From Spirochaetia bacterium (GTDB lineage Bacteria > Spirochaetota > Spirochaetia > UBA9216): a stretch of 64,000 nt of DNA. A model generated the notes under the pieces. That model did not search any database. It was given only the letters and a program-made list of their open reading frames with translations, and had not been told where the DNA came from. The stretch is from positions 3,552,001 to 3,616,000 of the forward strand of contig OY776510.1 of assembly GCA_963675665.1 (NCBI GenBank). The letters are read 5' to 3'. Positions within the stretch are counted from its first letter, which is position 1; the number at the start of each line of letters is the position of its first letter. Both the position numbers and the translations under genes were made by a program. Shown piece after piece: positions 49,190 through 59,600 of this stretch.

Positions 49190-51883
49190 CTAAAAATCTG
49201 CTATTTTAAGCTCCTCAATGGAATAGTCGTACTCTCGTTCGTTAATGGTAAATTTCAAATTCTCTCCTATGGAATGTCCGAGAAGCTTTCCGGCAAAAGG
49301 AGATTGGTAAGAAATTATATTCTTTGCCGGATTTGATTCCCAAGGCCCCATAATTGTAAATTTTTCTTCCTTACCGCTGATATTATTTTTAAGTGAAACT
49401 GTAATTCCGAATGCAATCTTGTCTTCCCGTACGGTAGCTCTGTTTACAACCTGGGCTTTTTCAATTTCATCCTGAAGCTTGCCTACGCTAATTTGAAGCA
49501 GTTCCTGTTTTTCTTTGCCGGCTTTATATTCTGCATTCTCACTTAAATCGCCCAATTCGATTGCAGCCCCAATCTCTTTTGAATTCTTCGGTATTTCAAC
49601 CTCAATAATATGCTTAAGCTCTTTCTGCTTCAGTGATAATGCCGTTTCGGATACCAATAGACCGCGTACTGCAGGTTTCACATCCATTTTTGAGGTTTCT
49701 TCATCATAAAATTTAAAATTACTGAACCTGCTTCTTATAAGCTCCTTGAAAGGCTGCTTAATCTTGACGTCGAGGTCCTTAACATCTGAAATCAAAGTAT
49801 AGATTCTGTTTACTGAATCCTCATCGCCCTTTGCAAGATATTTTTCAATATGGCCGTCTTTCACCAAAAAGGTCTGTACCTGCTTGTTCAGTCTCCGGTT
49901 ATCGCTTACATCACGTTTATCAGAAATTTCCCTGTATGTAATGTCCAGAAGGTGAATCATGTTTATCAGGATCTTTTCAAAGTTAACATTATGTTTCTCG
50001 CACCATTTCTCGGTGATATAATTTTTTACAAGCCATATAAATGCTTCACGATATTCTCGGTATCTGTCTGAAATACTTATAAAAAGCTCTTCAACTTTTT
50101 CACGGTAGTTTGAAGATATCAGCTCATCGATAATCGATGTCGACATTGCCTTCGGAAAAAGTTTAACATAAATTTCAGGCCAGTCTTCCTTCTGTTTGAG
50201 TGCTATTAGAAACTGCTTTCTGATATCACTGTTATCAAGATTTACATATACCGATTCAAGATCTTCAACGCTTTGAATCATTTCAAGAAAATTCAGACTG
50301 AAATCTGTTGAATTAAGAAATGGATACTGATCAATCAGCTTTTTAATTACAAAAAAACTTGCAACAACCTGTTCATTTGCAACTGTGTATGATTTCAGAA
50401 GGTTTGCAAAATACATGAACATTTCATTAAAAAACTCAGACTCCGGATCGCTTACCTTAACAAAATCATCAAGCGCTTTTATTTTGTTGAAAAAATTCTT
50501 TTCTGCCTTGAATTTGTTGTATATTTTTTCTTCCTTGGATATCGGTTTATCTCTTACCATAAAAACGTCTATTTTGTCAGGATGATTTCCGAATGCAGGA
50601 TCTTCCTTAAGAATATTTCTGGCCTGGGTACTCCAGCTTGACCATTCTCCTGCTGTAAGAATACCGGGAACAAGAGCAGCTTTAATCTGTTTCATGTTAG
50701 CAGCATTGTCAAAACTTTTAATAACAATTTTCAGAGTCCAGTTAACATCGCCTTTAATTTTCTTTTTAAGAACTTCTTTCTTTTTTCGTACTTTCAGAAC
50801 ATTTATATGATCGCTGGCAAGACTTGTCAGGGCATTTACGGCCATTTTCAACGACATTTTATGATTTCGTTTCTTAACGAAATCAATTATTATTTCATCG
50901 CCGCTTATTTTCCGGATTTTACCGATCCCCCAGGCCTTATGACTTACAAAACTGCCGACATCAAAAGAAATATGCTTCTCAAAATCAGCAATCGCATCAT
51001 GAACATTTCTCCAGCTCTGATTCAGGTTGGACAGCCTTATGTATTCATCCAGCTGGCTGTGAAAACTGTATTTTGCTTTATAACTGTCGGTAATTTCTTT
51101 TCTTGCCCAGGCATTTTTGGAATCATATACAAGAATGTCTTTCAGAATATCGATACAACGGTTCCAGTTTTCTTTGGATTTATAATAAGCGTATAAATCC
51201 TCCAGAAGCTGTGAAGCCCTTTCCGTGCTTATTATGGTGCTGACTTTTCGATCAACGTGATTGAAAAAATCAATCTCTTCAGGACTGTATTCTATAAGTT
51301 TGGCCCAGATATCCTTAACACTGCTGAAAAGCTTTTTATTAATAAACCGGTGTATGGCTTTTTTATACAGCTCTACTGCACTTTCAATGTCTCCCTCATT
51401 TTCAGCCTTTTCGGCCAGAACCTTCACAATCTCCGCTTCGTCATAGTCGACCTTAATCAGGCGTTCCCAGACTTCCAGCTTTTTTTCTTCTTCGTTTTCA
51501 TGCTCATAGCAGTCTGCGAGGGTTCTCAACGCATACTTGTTCTCACCGAAATCGAGAATACTGTTGCACAGAAATTCAACAATGCTCCATTTATGGTTAT
51601 CAGCAAATATGGTTATCAGAACAACCAGGTTGGTATCATCTATAAGCTGTCTTCTTAGTCCTAGTATTCCCGAGATATAAAGTGCGGCAATGCTGTTTTT
51701 TGTATGTGTAAGATGCTCATCACACAGTTCTTTCACCTCAGCCTGCACTTCGTCCTCATATGACAATTTGATTAGAGCATCGAGTTCCTTAAAATTATTT
51801 ATTGAATAGTTGTTGAGCGTAGCTCTGGTCCATTTTTCTTCGTTTAGAATTTCAGTAACTGTTTTCACGCAATCTGCGGACAT
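49190..51883 (-). CDS. greA: Transcription elongation factor GreA with a large N-terminal extension (spirochaete type)
   Basis: C-terminal GDLSENAEY and ISYQSP; about 730-aa helical N-terminal region. Confidence 0.94.
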   Translation of the reverse strand: MSADCVKTVTEILNEEKWTRATLNNYSINNFKELDALIKLSYEDEVQAEVKELCDEHLTHTKNSIAALYISGILGLRRQLIDDTNLVVLITIFADNHKWSIVEFLCNSILDFGENKYALRTLADCYEHENEEEKKLEVWERLIKVDYDEAEIVKVLAEKAENEGDIESAVELYKKAIHRFINKKLFSSVKDIWAKLIEYSPEEIDFFNHVDRKVSTIISTERASQLLEDLYAYYKSKENWNRCIDILKDILVYDSKNAWARKEITDSYKAKYSFHSQLDEYIRLSNLNQSWRNVHDAIADFEKHISFDVGSFVSHKAWGIGKIRKISGDEIIIDFVKKRNHKMSLKMAVNALTSLASDHINVLKVRKKKEVLKKKIKGDVNWTLKIVIKSFDNAANMKQIKAALVPGILTAGEWSSWSTQARNILKEDPAFGNHPDKIDVFMVRDKPISKEEKIYNKFKAEKNFFNKIKALDDFVKVSDPESEFFNEMFMYFANLLKSYTVANEQVVASFFVIKKLIDQYPFLNSTDFSLNFLEMIQSVEDLESVYVNLDNSDIRKQFLIALKQKEDWPEIYVKLFPKAMSTSIIDELISSNYREKVEELFISISDRYREYREAFIWLVKNYITEKWCEKHNVNFEKILINMIHLLDITYREISDKRDVSDNRRLNKQVQTFLVKDGHIEKYLAKGDEDSVNRIYTLISDVKDLDVKIKQPFKELIRSRFSNFKFYDEETSKMDVKPAVRGLLVSETALSLKQKELKHIIEVEIPKNSKEIGAAIELGDLSENAEYKAGKEKQELLQISVGKLQDEIEKAQVVNRATVREDKIAFGITVSLKNNISGKEEKFTIMGPWESNPAKNIISYQSPFAGKLLGHSIGENLKFTINEREYDYSIEELKIADF

Positions 51884-51895
51884 TATTCACTCCTG

Positions 51896-52828
51896 CTAGT
51901 TGATATACTCCATAAAGATCTCATTATTGAGTCTTTTCATTTTTCGCAAGACATCTTCGATCTTTGCGCGTTCTTCATTTACGCATACGTAATGATCGAT
52001 CAGTCTGAAATAATAATTAAGAAGTCTGGGCATTGTCTCGGGGCCCACATCTTCTTTCTTTTCTAGCCTGCTTTCATAAGAGAAAATCGACTGCTTCAAC
52101 TTCCCCAGCTCAAGCGGCTTCAATTCCCGTTTAACATTAAGCACACCATAGACTACACCGTAAACGGGCAGCCATTCTTTTGCCATATTACCGGTTATTT
52201 TTAACTCTTTCAGCTGTGATAAAAGCCTTTCGATAATCATCGATTCCAGAAAAGCCAATTCTATTTTAACCGGATCAATAAAGAATGCTTCCCTGAAAAA
52301 TATTTTCGCGGTTTTCACTTCATTGATCAGCGCATAGCAGTCAGCCAGTTCTGCAATGACCGTGGAATTCCCTTTTTGCTGCCTGAAGGTTCTCTCAAGA
52401 AAGCTTAAAGCGTTTTCATAATCCCCGATACTCTTATAACACCTGCCGATTCTGAACAGAATTTCCGCATCATTGCCTCCGGAATCATAAAACACCTTTT
52501 CATAAGACTTTAACGCTTCTCCAAAACACCATTGTCTTATGGTATTCAGACATTTCTCATCTGTTTCGCTGAAGCTGCTGAAAAAAGCAGAAAAATTAAT
52601 CCACTCTTTTAAAAGGAATTCTCCCCTTGCAAAATGCTCCGTGAGCTGCTCCAGTTTCTCTTCTTTTCCTTTCCAGAAATTCGCACATTTAAGAGCACAT
52701 ATAATCTTTCCATCCTCAAAATCGATCGAGAGGGCTTTATCTAAAATATCTGCTGACTCTCCAAACAAGCCCTTACGGAAACAATCATATGCTTCATCGA
52801 GGAGAGATGTCTTCATAGCATTGTTCAT
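51896..52828 (-). CDS. TPR-repeat protein upstream of greA
   Basis: ILFRIGRCYKSIGDYENA, ELADCYA, FFREAFFIDP. Confidence 0.85.
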   Translation of the reverse strand: MNNAMKTSLLDEAYDCFRKGLFGESADILDKALSIDFEDGKIICALKCANFWKGKEEKLEQLTEHFARGEFLLKEWINFSAFFSSFSETDEKCLNTIRQWCFGEALKSYEKVFYDSGGNDAEILFRIGRCYKSIGDYENALSFLERTFRQQKGNSTVIAELADCYALINEVKTAKIFFREAFFIDPVKIELAFLESMIIERLLSQLKELKITGNMAKEWLPVYGVVYGVLNVKRELKPLELGKLKQSIFSYESRLEKKEDVGPETMPRLLNYYFRLIDHYVCVNEERAKIEDVLRKMKRLNNEIFMEYIN

Positions 52829-52839
52829 GTGCGTCTTTC

Positions 52840-52867
52840 ATTATATCATGTGAGTATTTTTAGTCAA
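52840..52867 (-). promoter_or_regulatory. Sigma70 promoter of the TPR-greA-vWA operon
   Basis: TTGACT-N16-TATAAT with extended -10 TG. Confidence 0.7.
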
Positions 52868-52955
52868 TCGCATGAATGAAATAACGCTAAATCCACATAT
52901 GTTGTGTATTTCTTTTAATTCTGATAACCTTTATTGTGAAGGAGAAAATTAAGAG

Positions 52956-53600
52956 ATGAAAATTGCACCCTCAGTACTTTCAGCGGATTTTGTTAACATG
53001 GAGAAGGGTATCAGGCTTGTTGAATCAGCTTCATGTGAGTGGATTCATCTTGATGTTATGGACGGAAGCTTTGTCCCTCCGATTACTTTTGGACATCAGA
53101 TGATTAAATCAATACGAAATATTACTGATTTAATTCTTGATGCTCACCTGATGATTAATTCGCCTGAACGACAGATTGATTATCTTTCTGAAGCCGGCGC
53201 AGACTACATTACTGTTCATTATGAGAATACTATTCATACTCACAGAATTTTACAGCAGATAAAAAGCAAAGGCATGAAAGCAGGTATATCTATTGTACCT
53301 TCTACACCGGTATCCGTTCTCAGTGAATTACTTCCCTTTACCGACCTCGTCCTGGTGATGACTGTTAACCCCGGCTTCGGCGGTCAGAGCCTTATACCCG
53401 AATGTATACAAAAAATAAACCTGCTTAATGAAATAAGAGAATACAAAGGTTATTCTTACCTTATTTCCGCCGACGGAGGCATAAACAGGGAAACTGCTCC
53501 TCTTGTCCGAAAGGCCGGACTTGATATAGCTGTTGCCGGAAGTGCTTTTTTTAATGCTGAAGATCCTGTAGAAGAAGTCAGGATTCTGTCCGGCGATTAA
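52956..53600 (+). CDS. rpe: Ribulose-phosphate 3-epimerase
   Basis: IAPSVLSADF, IHLDVMDG, DAHLMI, MTVNPGFGGQ, DGGIN. Confidence 0.98.
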   Translation: MKIAPSVLSADFVNMEKGIRLVESASCEWIHLDVMDGSFVPPITFGHQMIKSIRNITDLILDAHLMINSPERQIDYLSEAGADYITVHYENTIHTHRILQQIKSKGMKAGISIVPSTPVSVLSELLPFTDLVLVMTVNPGFGGQSLIPECIQKINLLNEIREYKGYSYLISADGGINRETAPLVRKAGLDIAVAGSAFFNAEDPVEEVRILSGD

Positions 53601-53674
53601 TAAAGCCTTCATTTTAGTAAAGTGCCTAAATTTATTAAGCATAGAGGTCGAAATTTATAACAGGAGTGTAGACC

Positions 53675-54730
53675 TTGAAACCTAGCAAAAAAAAGATCAT
53701 TTCATTAACCGTATTCCTGGTTTTAACGGCGTTTTCGGCTTATGCCCAGACTGGAAACCAGTTTCTTGATAAGGGAATCTCGAGTTTCGGAAAGGGTAAG
53801 TACAATGAGAGCCTTTCTTCATTCCGCGATGTAGTGATTGATTCCAATTTTAAAGATTATCATCCTGACGCATACTTCTGGATTGCCAAATCATATATTG
53901 CCCTAAGACAGCTTGATAACGCTGAAGAAAATCTTGAGTTTTTCATTTTAAATTATCCTGACCATAAATATTACCAGGAAGCGCTTTATCAAAAAGGGCG
54001 ATTAATGTTTCTACAGGAAGATTATGAAAACTGCATACAGGAATGCCATCATTTTCTTGAGTTGTACCCTGAATCCGTTTATGCTGCGAACGCCTATTAC
54101 TGGACAGCTGAATCACTTTATAACCTGGGCCGTCTTGATGAAGCTGAAAGCCTTTTTTCTCATATTGTATATAATTTTCCTGCAAGCTATAAGGTTGAAT
54201 CTGCTAATTACCGCCTGGGATTAATTGAGCAGAAATATCGTGAAGAATCGCTTGTAGAATTATTGAAACTTACCCATGAAGAATATTTAAAATCAATAGA
54301 AGAATTTCAGGTTCGTGAAAAGACATATGAAAATGCTCTTGACTCTTATCAGAAAAAACTATCGCTCCTTGATTCCGGATCATCAAAAGATTCCGCAGGC
54401 CAGACTCTTTCTCTTGAGCTTCTTGACCTTCAAACTAGTTTAAGGAACCGGGATAATGAAATTATGGCGCTTAAACGCAAAATTGCCGAACTTGAATACA
54501 GATTGTCAAATGCTGAAACCAAGGCTGCGGAAGCCGAATCCAAAATTATTGAAGTCAATCCTGAAGAAACACAAAAAACTGAAGAAGAAACAGCAGATAA
54601 AGATAAACCGGCAGAACCGGCATCCGTACTCAGTACGGAAGACAAGATTAAACTTCTTGAAATCAAATCAAGGGCGCTTGAGGTAAAAAGTTTTTATCTG
54701 AAATATCTCGGCAGTGTGGGGACTAATTAA
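53675..54730 (+). CDS. Periplasmic TPR plus coiled-coil protein (BamD/CpoB-like)
   Basis: Signal peptide ending AYA, TPRs (AYFWIAKSY, ALYQKG, AYYWTAESLY), C-terminal coiled coil. Confidence 0.8.
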   Translation: MKPSKKKIISLTVFLVLTAFSAYAQTGNQFLDKGISSFGKGKYNESLSSFRDVVIDSNFKDYHPDAYFWIAKSYIALRQLDNAEENLEFFILNYPDHKYYQEALYQKGRLMFLQEDYENCIQECHHFLELYPESVYAANAYYWTAESLYNLGRLDEAESLFSHIVYNFPASYKVESANYRLGLIEQKYREESLVELLKLTHEEYLKSIEEFQVREKTYENALDSYQKKLSLLDSGSSKDSAGQTLSLELLDLQTSLRNRDNEIMALKRKIAELEYRLSNAETKAAEAESKIIEVNPEETQKTEEETADKDKPAEPASVLSTEDKIKLLEIKSRALEVKSFYLKYLGSVGTN

Positions 54731-55797
54731 TGAAAAAAATATTAATTCTTTTAATCATATTTTTATCTTTTGTTTTTGATATCAGTGCTCTTGAACTGAA
54801 AGAAGGTCGGATAAAGCTTGTTCTCCATGAAAAAAACGGAAGATTCTCAGTTTTTTATCAGGATAAACTGGTTTCTGATGAATATACTTCTCTTCTGCTT
54901 GAACAGGATCCACGAACTAGCGGGATAGTTCTTTTGGTCAATAATCGTACTCAGAGGCTTGGAGATACTTTTGAATTTGAACAAACCATTTCTGAAACCC
55001 GTTCAGGCGCTGAATTTAACTGGATTTCCAAAAATCTTGATATCACTGAGGCATTTTCTTTTGTCACATCTCCCGGCAACAGTATAGCCGACGGTATAAA
55101 AATTGAAATTACAATCAATAACATCTCTGATGAAGCGCTTTCTGTAGGTTTAAAATATCTTTTTGATACCTGGATTGGTGAAGATAACGATGATAAAGTA
55201 CATTTTTATACTTCTGACGATGTAGAAATATCCTCTGAGACAATTCTTAAAGGCATTCTTCCAAATTACTGGATATCTTCCAAAGGATTTGCAGCCGATA
55301 CAGGACTTTTAATGATGCTTGATAACAAGGTTGTTACACCTCCGGATAAAGTAATCTTTGCAAACTGGAAACGTCTCGATGAGAGCGGCTGGACTCTCAA
55401 CATTAAAGACGGCCGTAATTTCAATCTACTTCCTTATTCCATTAATGATTCCGCAGTTAGTCATTACTATGAACCTATCCGCATACCCGGCGGCGGAAGC
55501 AGAAATATAACTCTTGTTTTGGGCAATATATCAAAAAGCGGTTTTTCTGCAACAATAAAATCCGAAGACAAATCAACACTTGACGATCTTTATAACAGGG
55601 TCTCAACAGAAAGTATAAGCGGTACGCTTGAAACCGAGGAAAGTTCGGTTAAGAATGAACTGACGCTTACTGAAGATTTGATTACTCATATCGACAGATT
55701 AATTGAAAGCAAAGAGCCTCTTTCAGATGATGAACTCGAAACTCTTAATATTATGATAGAAAAGCTGGAGGCTACAAAGTCCAAGTTTGAAGATTAG
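54730..55797 (+). CDS. Hypothetical exported protein
   Basis: Signal peptide, beta-rich domain (YLFDTWIGE, VIFANWKRL, INDSAV), helical tail; start overlaps the upstream stop. Confidence 0.8.
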   Translation: MKKILILLIIFLSFVFDISALELKEGRIKLVLHEKNGRFSVFYQDKLVSDEYTSLLLEQDPRTSGIVLLVNNRTQRLGDTFEFEQTISETRSGAEFNWISKNLDITEAFSFVTSPGNSIADGIKIEITINNISDEALSVGLKYLFDTWIGEDNDDKVHFYTSDDVEISSETILKGILPNYWISSKGFAADTGLLMMLDNKVVTPPDKVIFANWKRLDESGWTLNIKDGRNFNLLPYSINDSAVSHYYEPIRIPGGGSRNITLVLGNISKSGFSATIKSEDKSTLDDLYNRVSTESISGTLETEESSVKNELTLTEDLITHIDRLIESKEPLSDDELETLNIMIEKLEATKSKFED

Positions 55798-55799
55798 GT

Positions 55800-56906
55800 A
55801 TGTCCGATACAATTAAAGATGCTTACACACTATTTATCAGGAAAAAATACACGGATGTCATAAATCTGCTTGAACCGCAGGTTTTCAGATTTCGTGAAAA
55901 CTTTCATTTTTTTTATCTTCTTGGAATGTCATGCCTTTTTCAGGGAGATTACGGGGGAGCTTTTTCATATCTCAGGAGGGCTGTTGATTTAAGGGAAAAT
56001 GATGTAAAGACTCTTCTCGGAATAGCTGCGGTATATCTTAAACGCGGTGATACAGGCAATGCACTGAGGATATGGCTTGATGTTACCGAGATCGAACCTG
56101 GAAATATTTTTGCCCAGCGAGGCCTTAATTATCTAAAGAAGAATAATGATCCTGATGTCTTCAATTCGCTTGATGCTCAGGATAAAATCTTAAGATTTCT
56201 GCCTTCTTCCGAAAAAAGGAAGAAAAGTCCCGTTATTTTTCTCACTTCAGCTGCAATAATAATCTGCTTAACGGCCGTTGTTTTTATTATTCCCGTTTCA
56301 AGAAACTTCATTGCAGAAAAAATATCGCTTCCAGGTATTTTTTCTGCGGGTAAAACTTCATCAAGACCTGAAATACCCGAAATTTCACTGGATGTCCGCA
56401 AGGACTTCATAGACCTTGATGGTAATTTTTCATATGTTCTGACTGAAAAAGAAATAGAAAAGAAAATGAAATTAATTCAGGATTATCTCTATGATTTCAG
56501 GGATAATCTTGCTCAAAAAGAAATCAACCTGATTCTTCTTTCAAATGCATCAGAATATGTAAAAGACAGGGCACGTCTTTTATCCAAATATATCCAACAG
56601 CCTGAACTGACTACTTTTAAAGATAATTTTGATTTTTCCGATATTTCTTCGGAACCTCTGTTATACGATGGATGTTTTGTTTTATGGAAAGGTAAAGCTG
56701 TTAACATCTCCGAGACACCGCAATCGATAAATTTCGATTTTCTTGTCGGCTATCATGAGGAAAAAGTTCTTGAAGGAAGTGTTCCGGTTTTTTTTGATTT
56801 TGCCATTACCGTCATACCCGATCAGCCGATTGAACTTTTAGGTAAATTATTATTTGATGAAAACCGGAAATTAAGCCTCAAGGGTATTTCGATTCACAGA
56901 CTGTAA
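55800..56906 (+). CDS. TPR-containing membrane protein
   Basis: N-terminal TPRs, central TM, C-terminal OB-fold-like WKGKAVN. Confidence 0.8.
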   Translation: MSDTIKDAYTLFIRKKYTDVINLLEPQVFRFRENFHFFYLLGMSCLFQGDYGGAFSYLRRAVDLRENDVKTLLGIAAVYLKRGDTGNALRIWLDVTEIEPGNIFAQRGLNYLKKNNDPDVFNSLDAQDKILRFLPSSEKRKKSPVIFLTSAAIIICLTAVVFIIPVSRNFIAEKISLPGIFSAGKTSSRPEIPEISLDVRKDFIDLDGNFSYVLTEKEIEKKMKLIQDYLYDFRDNLAQKEINLILLSNASEYVKDRARLLSKYIQQPELTTFKDNFDFSDISSEPLLYDGCFVLWKGKAVNISETPQSINFDFLVGYHEEKVLEGSVPVFFDFAITVIPDQPIELLGKLLFDENRKLSLKGISIHRL

Positions 56907-56946
56907 AAACTTCAGTATTGTATTAAATCCTCTTTTCTTTATTCTC

Positions 56947-56976
56947 TTGACTTCATTCCGTGCTGACGGATATTAT
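56947..56976 (+). promoter_or_regulatory. Putative sigma70 promoter of recA with a palindrome in the spacer
   Basis: TTGACT-N18-TATTAT; TCCGT-gctg-ACGGA at 56957-56970. Confidence 0.55.
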
Positions 56977-57077
56977 ATTACCTGATTATCAGAATATCGC
57001 TTATTCCTGAAGCACCGTGAAAAAACTACGGTATTGGGAGGGTGAGGGATGCTTTGACATTCCAGGGAGTAATATAA

Positions 57078-58217
57078 ATGGCGAAAAAATCCAATCTGCC
57101 CGAGACAAAAGTCATAACCGACGATGCCGAGAAAGACAAGGCCCTTGAAGCAGCACGTCTTCAGATAGAAAAGCAGTTCGGGAAAGGTTCATTAATGAAG
57201 CTTGGAACTTCCGCTTCTCTTAATATAGAATCAATTCCTTCAGGTTCTATTCTTCTTGATGAAGCGCTTGGAGTGGGCGGTTATCCCAAAGGGCGAATAA
57301 TAGAAATGTACGGTCCTGAATCCTCCGGAAAAACCACGCTTGCTCTGCATGCCATTGCAGAATCCCAGAAAGCCGGCGGTATTGCCGCCTTTATTGATGC
57401 AGAACACGCGCTTGATCCCACTTATGCAAAAGCTTTGGGTGTAAACACCGACGAATTATGGGTATCTCAGCCCGACACAGGCGAACAGGCCCTTGAAATA
57501 GCAGAATCTCTTGTCCGCTCCGGGGCTGTTGATATTATAGTAATCGACTCGGTAGCAGCTCTTACTCCCCAGGCTGAAATTGAGGGAGATATGGGTGATT
57601 CCCATATGGGTCTTCAGGCAAGACTTATGAGCCAGGCGCTTCGTAAACTGACCGGTACAATATCAAAATCAGGCTGTTGCCTTATTTTTATAAATCAGAT
57701 TCGAATGAAAATCGGAGTCATGTTCGGCAACCCTGAAACTACAACAGGCGGAAACGCTCTAAAATTCTATTCATCATTAAGAATCGAAATAAGAAGAATT
57801 GAAACACTTACACAGGGAGCCGACAACGCAATAGGAAACCGCGTTCGTGTAAAAGTTGTCAAAAACAAGGTTGCTCCACCGTTTAAAAAGGTTGAACTGG
57901 AAATAATGTTCGGTAAAGGCATTTCTGTTACCGGAAGCCTTCTTGATGCAGCTGTTAAATACGAACTTATCGAAAAGAGCGGAAGCTGGTATTCATATGG
58001 AGAAGAAAGAATCGGTCAGGGCCGTGAAAACGCCAAACTTTTTCTTGAAAATAACCCGGAAACATTTTCCGATTTAGATAATAAACTCAGAACCATTATG
58101 TTTGCCAAGCCCAATGCTGAAGATGATAAGCCGGTAAAAGAAGCGGAAATTCCCAAAAAAGAGACTGCACCCGTGGGAAAACCCGTTTCCGACGAATCAC
58201 CAGGCGATTTGTTCTAG
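57078..58217 (+). CDS. recA: Recombinase RecA
   Basis: [38 protein letters not shown]. Confidence 0.99.
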   Translation: MAKKSNLPETKVITDDAEKDKALEAARLQIEKQFGKGSLMKLGTSASLNIESIPSGSILLDEALGVGGYPKGRIIEMYGPESSGKTTLALHAIAESQKAGGIAAFIDAEHALDPTYAKALGVNTDELWVSQPDTGEQALEIAESLVRSGAVDIIVIDSVAALTPQAEIEGDMGDSHMGLQARLMSQALRKLTGTISKSGCCLIFINQIRMKIGVMFGNPETTTGGNALKFYSSLRIEIRRIETLTQGADNAIGNRVRVKVVKNKVAPPFKKVELEIMFGKGISVTGSLLDAAVKYELIEKSGSWYSYGEERIGQGRENAKLFLENNPETFSDLDNKLRTIMFAKPNAEDDKPVKEAEIPKKETAPVGKPVSDESPGDLF

Positions 58218-58220
58218 ATT

Positions 58221-58763
58221 GTGCCGATACTCAATGCCTTTACAGCCGCCGGACCGGTTGATGTTTATCTCGGTTTCGGGGCTAATACAGGCAACCCGGA
58301 AAATACTATTACTGAAGCCTTTGAAATCATTTCCAAAAATCTGCTTTCTTCGGCAAGGCTTTCCCAGCTTTATATAACAGCCCCGCAGGATGTTATAAAT
58401 CAGCCTGATTTCATAAATGCCGCATGCTGCGGCATTTATTCCGGAAAGATTTTTCAGCTTCTCGAGAGCCTGCACCGCATAGAAAAAGACCTCGGGCGAA
58501 ACCGCAGCATTGAACTTCGGCGCGGGCCCAGATCAATCGACATAGATATACTTCTTTTCGGTGATTTTATAATTGAATCCGGCAAAGAATCTGATGGTGA
58601 AGGCCAATGGATCAAAATTCCCCATGAAAGGCTTTTTCAACGAATATTTGCCCTCGAGCCTGTTCTTGAACTGAATCCGGATCTTTCCGATCCGGTTTCA
58701 GGAAAACCCTTAAAAGAATTTGCCGCCAGGCTTGAAAATCAAAAAATACGCCTGATGAAATAA
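58221..58763 (+). CDS. folK: 6-hydroxymethyl-7,8-dihydropterin pyrophosphokinase
   Basis: YLGFGANTG, QPDFINA, GPRSIDIDILL, IPHER. Confidence 0.94.
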   Translation: MPILNAFTAAGPVDVYLGFGANTGNPENTITEAFEIISKNLLSSARLSQLYITAPQDVINQPDFINAACCGIYSGKIFQLLESLHRIEKDLGRNRSIELRRGPRSIDIDILLFGDFIIESGKESDGEGQWIKIPHERLFQRIFALEPVLELNPDLSDPVSGKPLKEFAARLENQKIRLMK

Positions 58764-58829
58764 CCGTTTTTTTAATTTTACCTTCAGCAAGTATTTATTA
58801 ATTCATAACTCTCGGATATATTAGGTTTC

Positions 58830-59600
58830 ATGGGGGAAATACAGGAAAACGAACTTCAGAATAAATTCAAGATTAATAATTTTGAAGGACCTCTTGACGT
58901 TCTGTTGTTTCTTATAAAAAAATCCGAAATAAATATATATGATATCCCGATTGCCCAGATAACGGAACAGTATATCGATTTTCTCGATTATGCAGTTTCA
59001 GTTAATCTTGACAACCTCACAGAGTTTTATGTAATGGCTTCTACGCTTTTATATATAAAAAGCAGAATGCTTTTGCCTGTTGAAATAGATATCTATGATG
59101 AACTTGAAGATCCCCGCAAAGAACTTGTTGACAGGCTTATCGAATACCAGAAGTTTAAAAAACTTTCAGATTTAATGACGGAACAGGAAAAAGAGTCTGA
59201 ATGGCGTATCGAACGTACCAAAAAACAGCGAACTCTTCCATTTCCGGACGATGACGGTCTTTGGGAACAGATTGATATATGGGATCTTTTCCAGACTTTC
59301 TCCAATATAATTACTTCTCTTTCATCAGAAAGAATTATTGATATGTATGAAGAAGTAAGCATCAATGAGAAAGTCGCCCTGATGTATGAACTTCTGGAAA
59401 ACAAGCAGGAGTTTTATTTTACCGAACTTATAACACGAACAAACTCCATGATGGATGTTGTGTGTGCTTTTCTTGCTTTGCTTGAAAGCGTTAAACAGAA
59501 AAGAATATTCATCCTGCAGAACAAACTCTTCGGAGATATTTTGATACGCCGGCGTGAAGAACAAAATCACGAGGAGGTTTCCGATGGATATGAAGAATGA
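58830..59600 (+). CDS. scpA: Segregation and condensation protein A
   Basis: FEGPLDVLLFLI, LLYIKSRMLLP, FLALLE. Confidence 0.96.
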   Translation: MGEIQENELQNKFKINNFEGPLDVLLFLIKKSEINIYDIPIAQITEQYIDFLDYAVSVNLDNLTEFYVMASTLLYIKSRMLLPVEIDIYDELEDPRKELVDRLIEYQKFKKLSDLMTEQEKESEWRIERTKKQRTLPFPDDDGLWEQIDIWDLFQTFSNIITSLSSERIIDMYEEVSINEKVALMYELLENKQEFYFTELITRTNSMMDVVCAFLALLESVKQKRIFILQNKLFGDILIRRREEQNHEEVSDGYEE

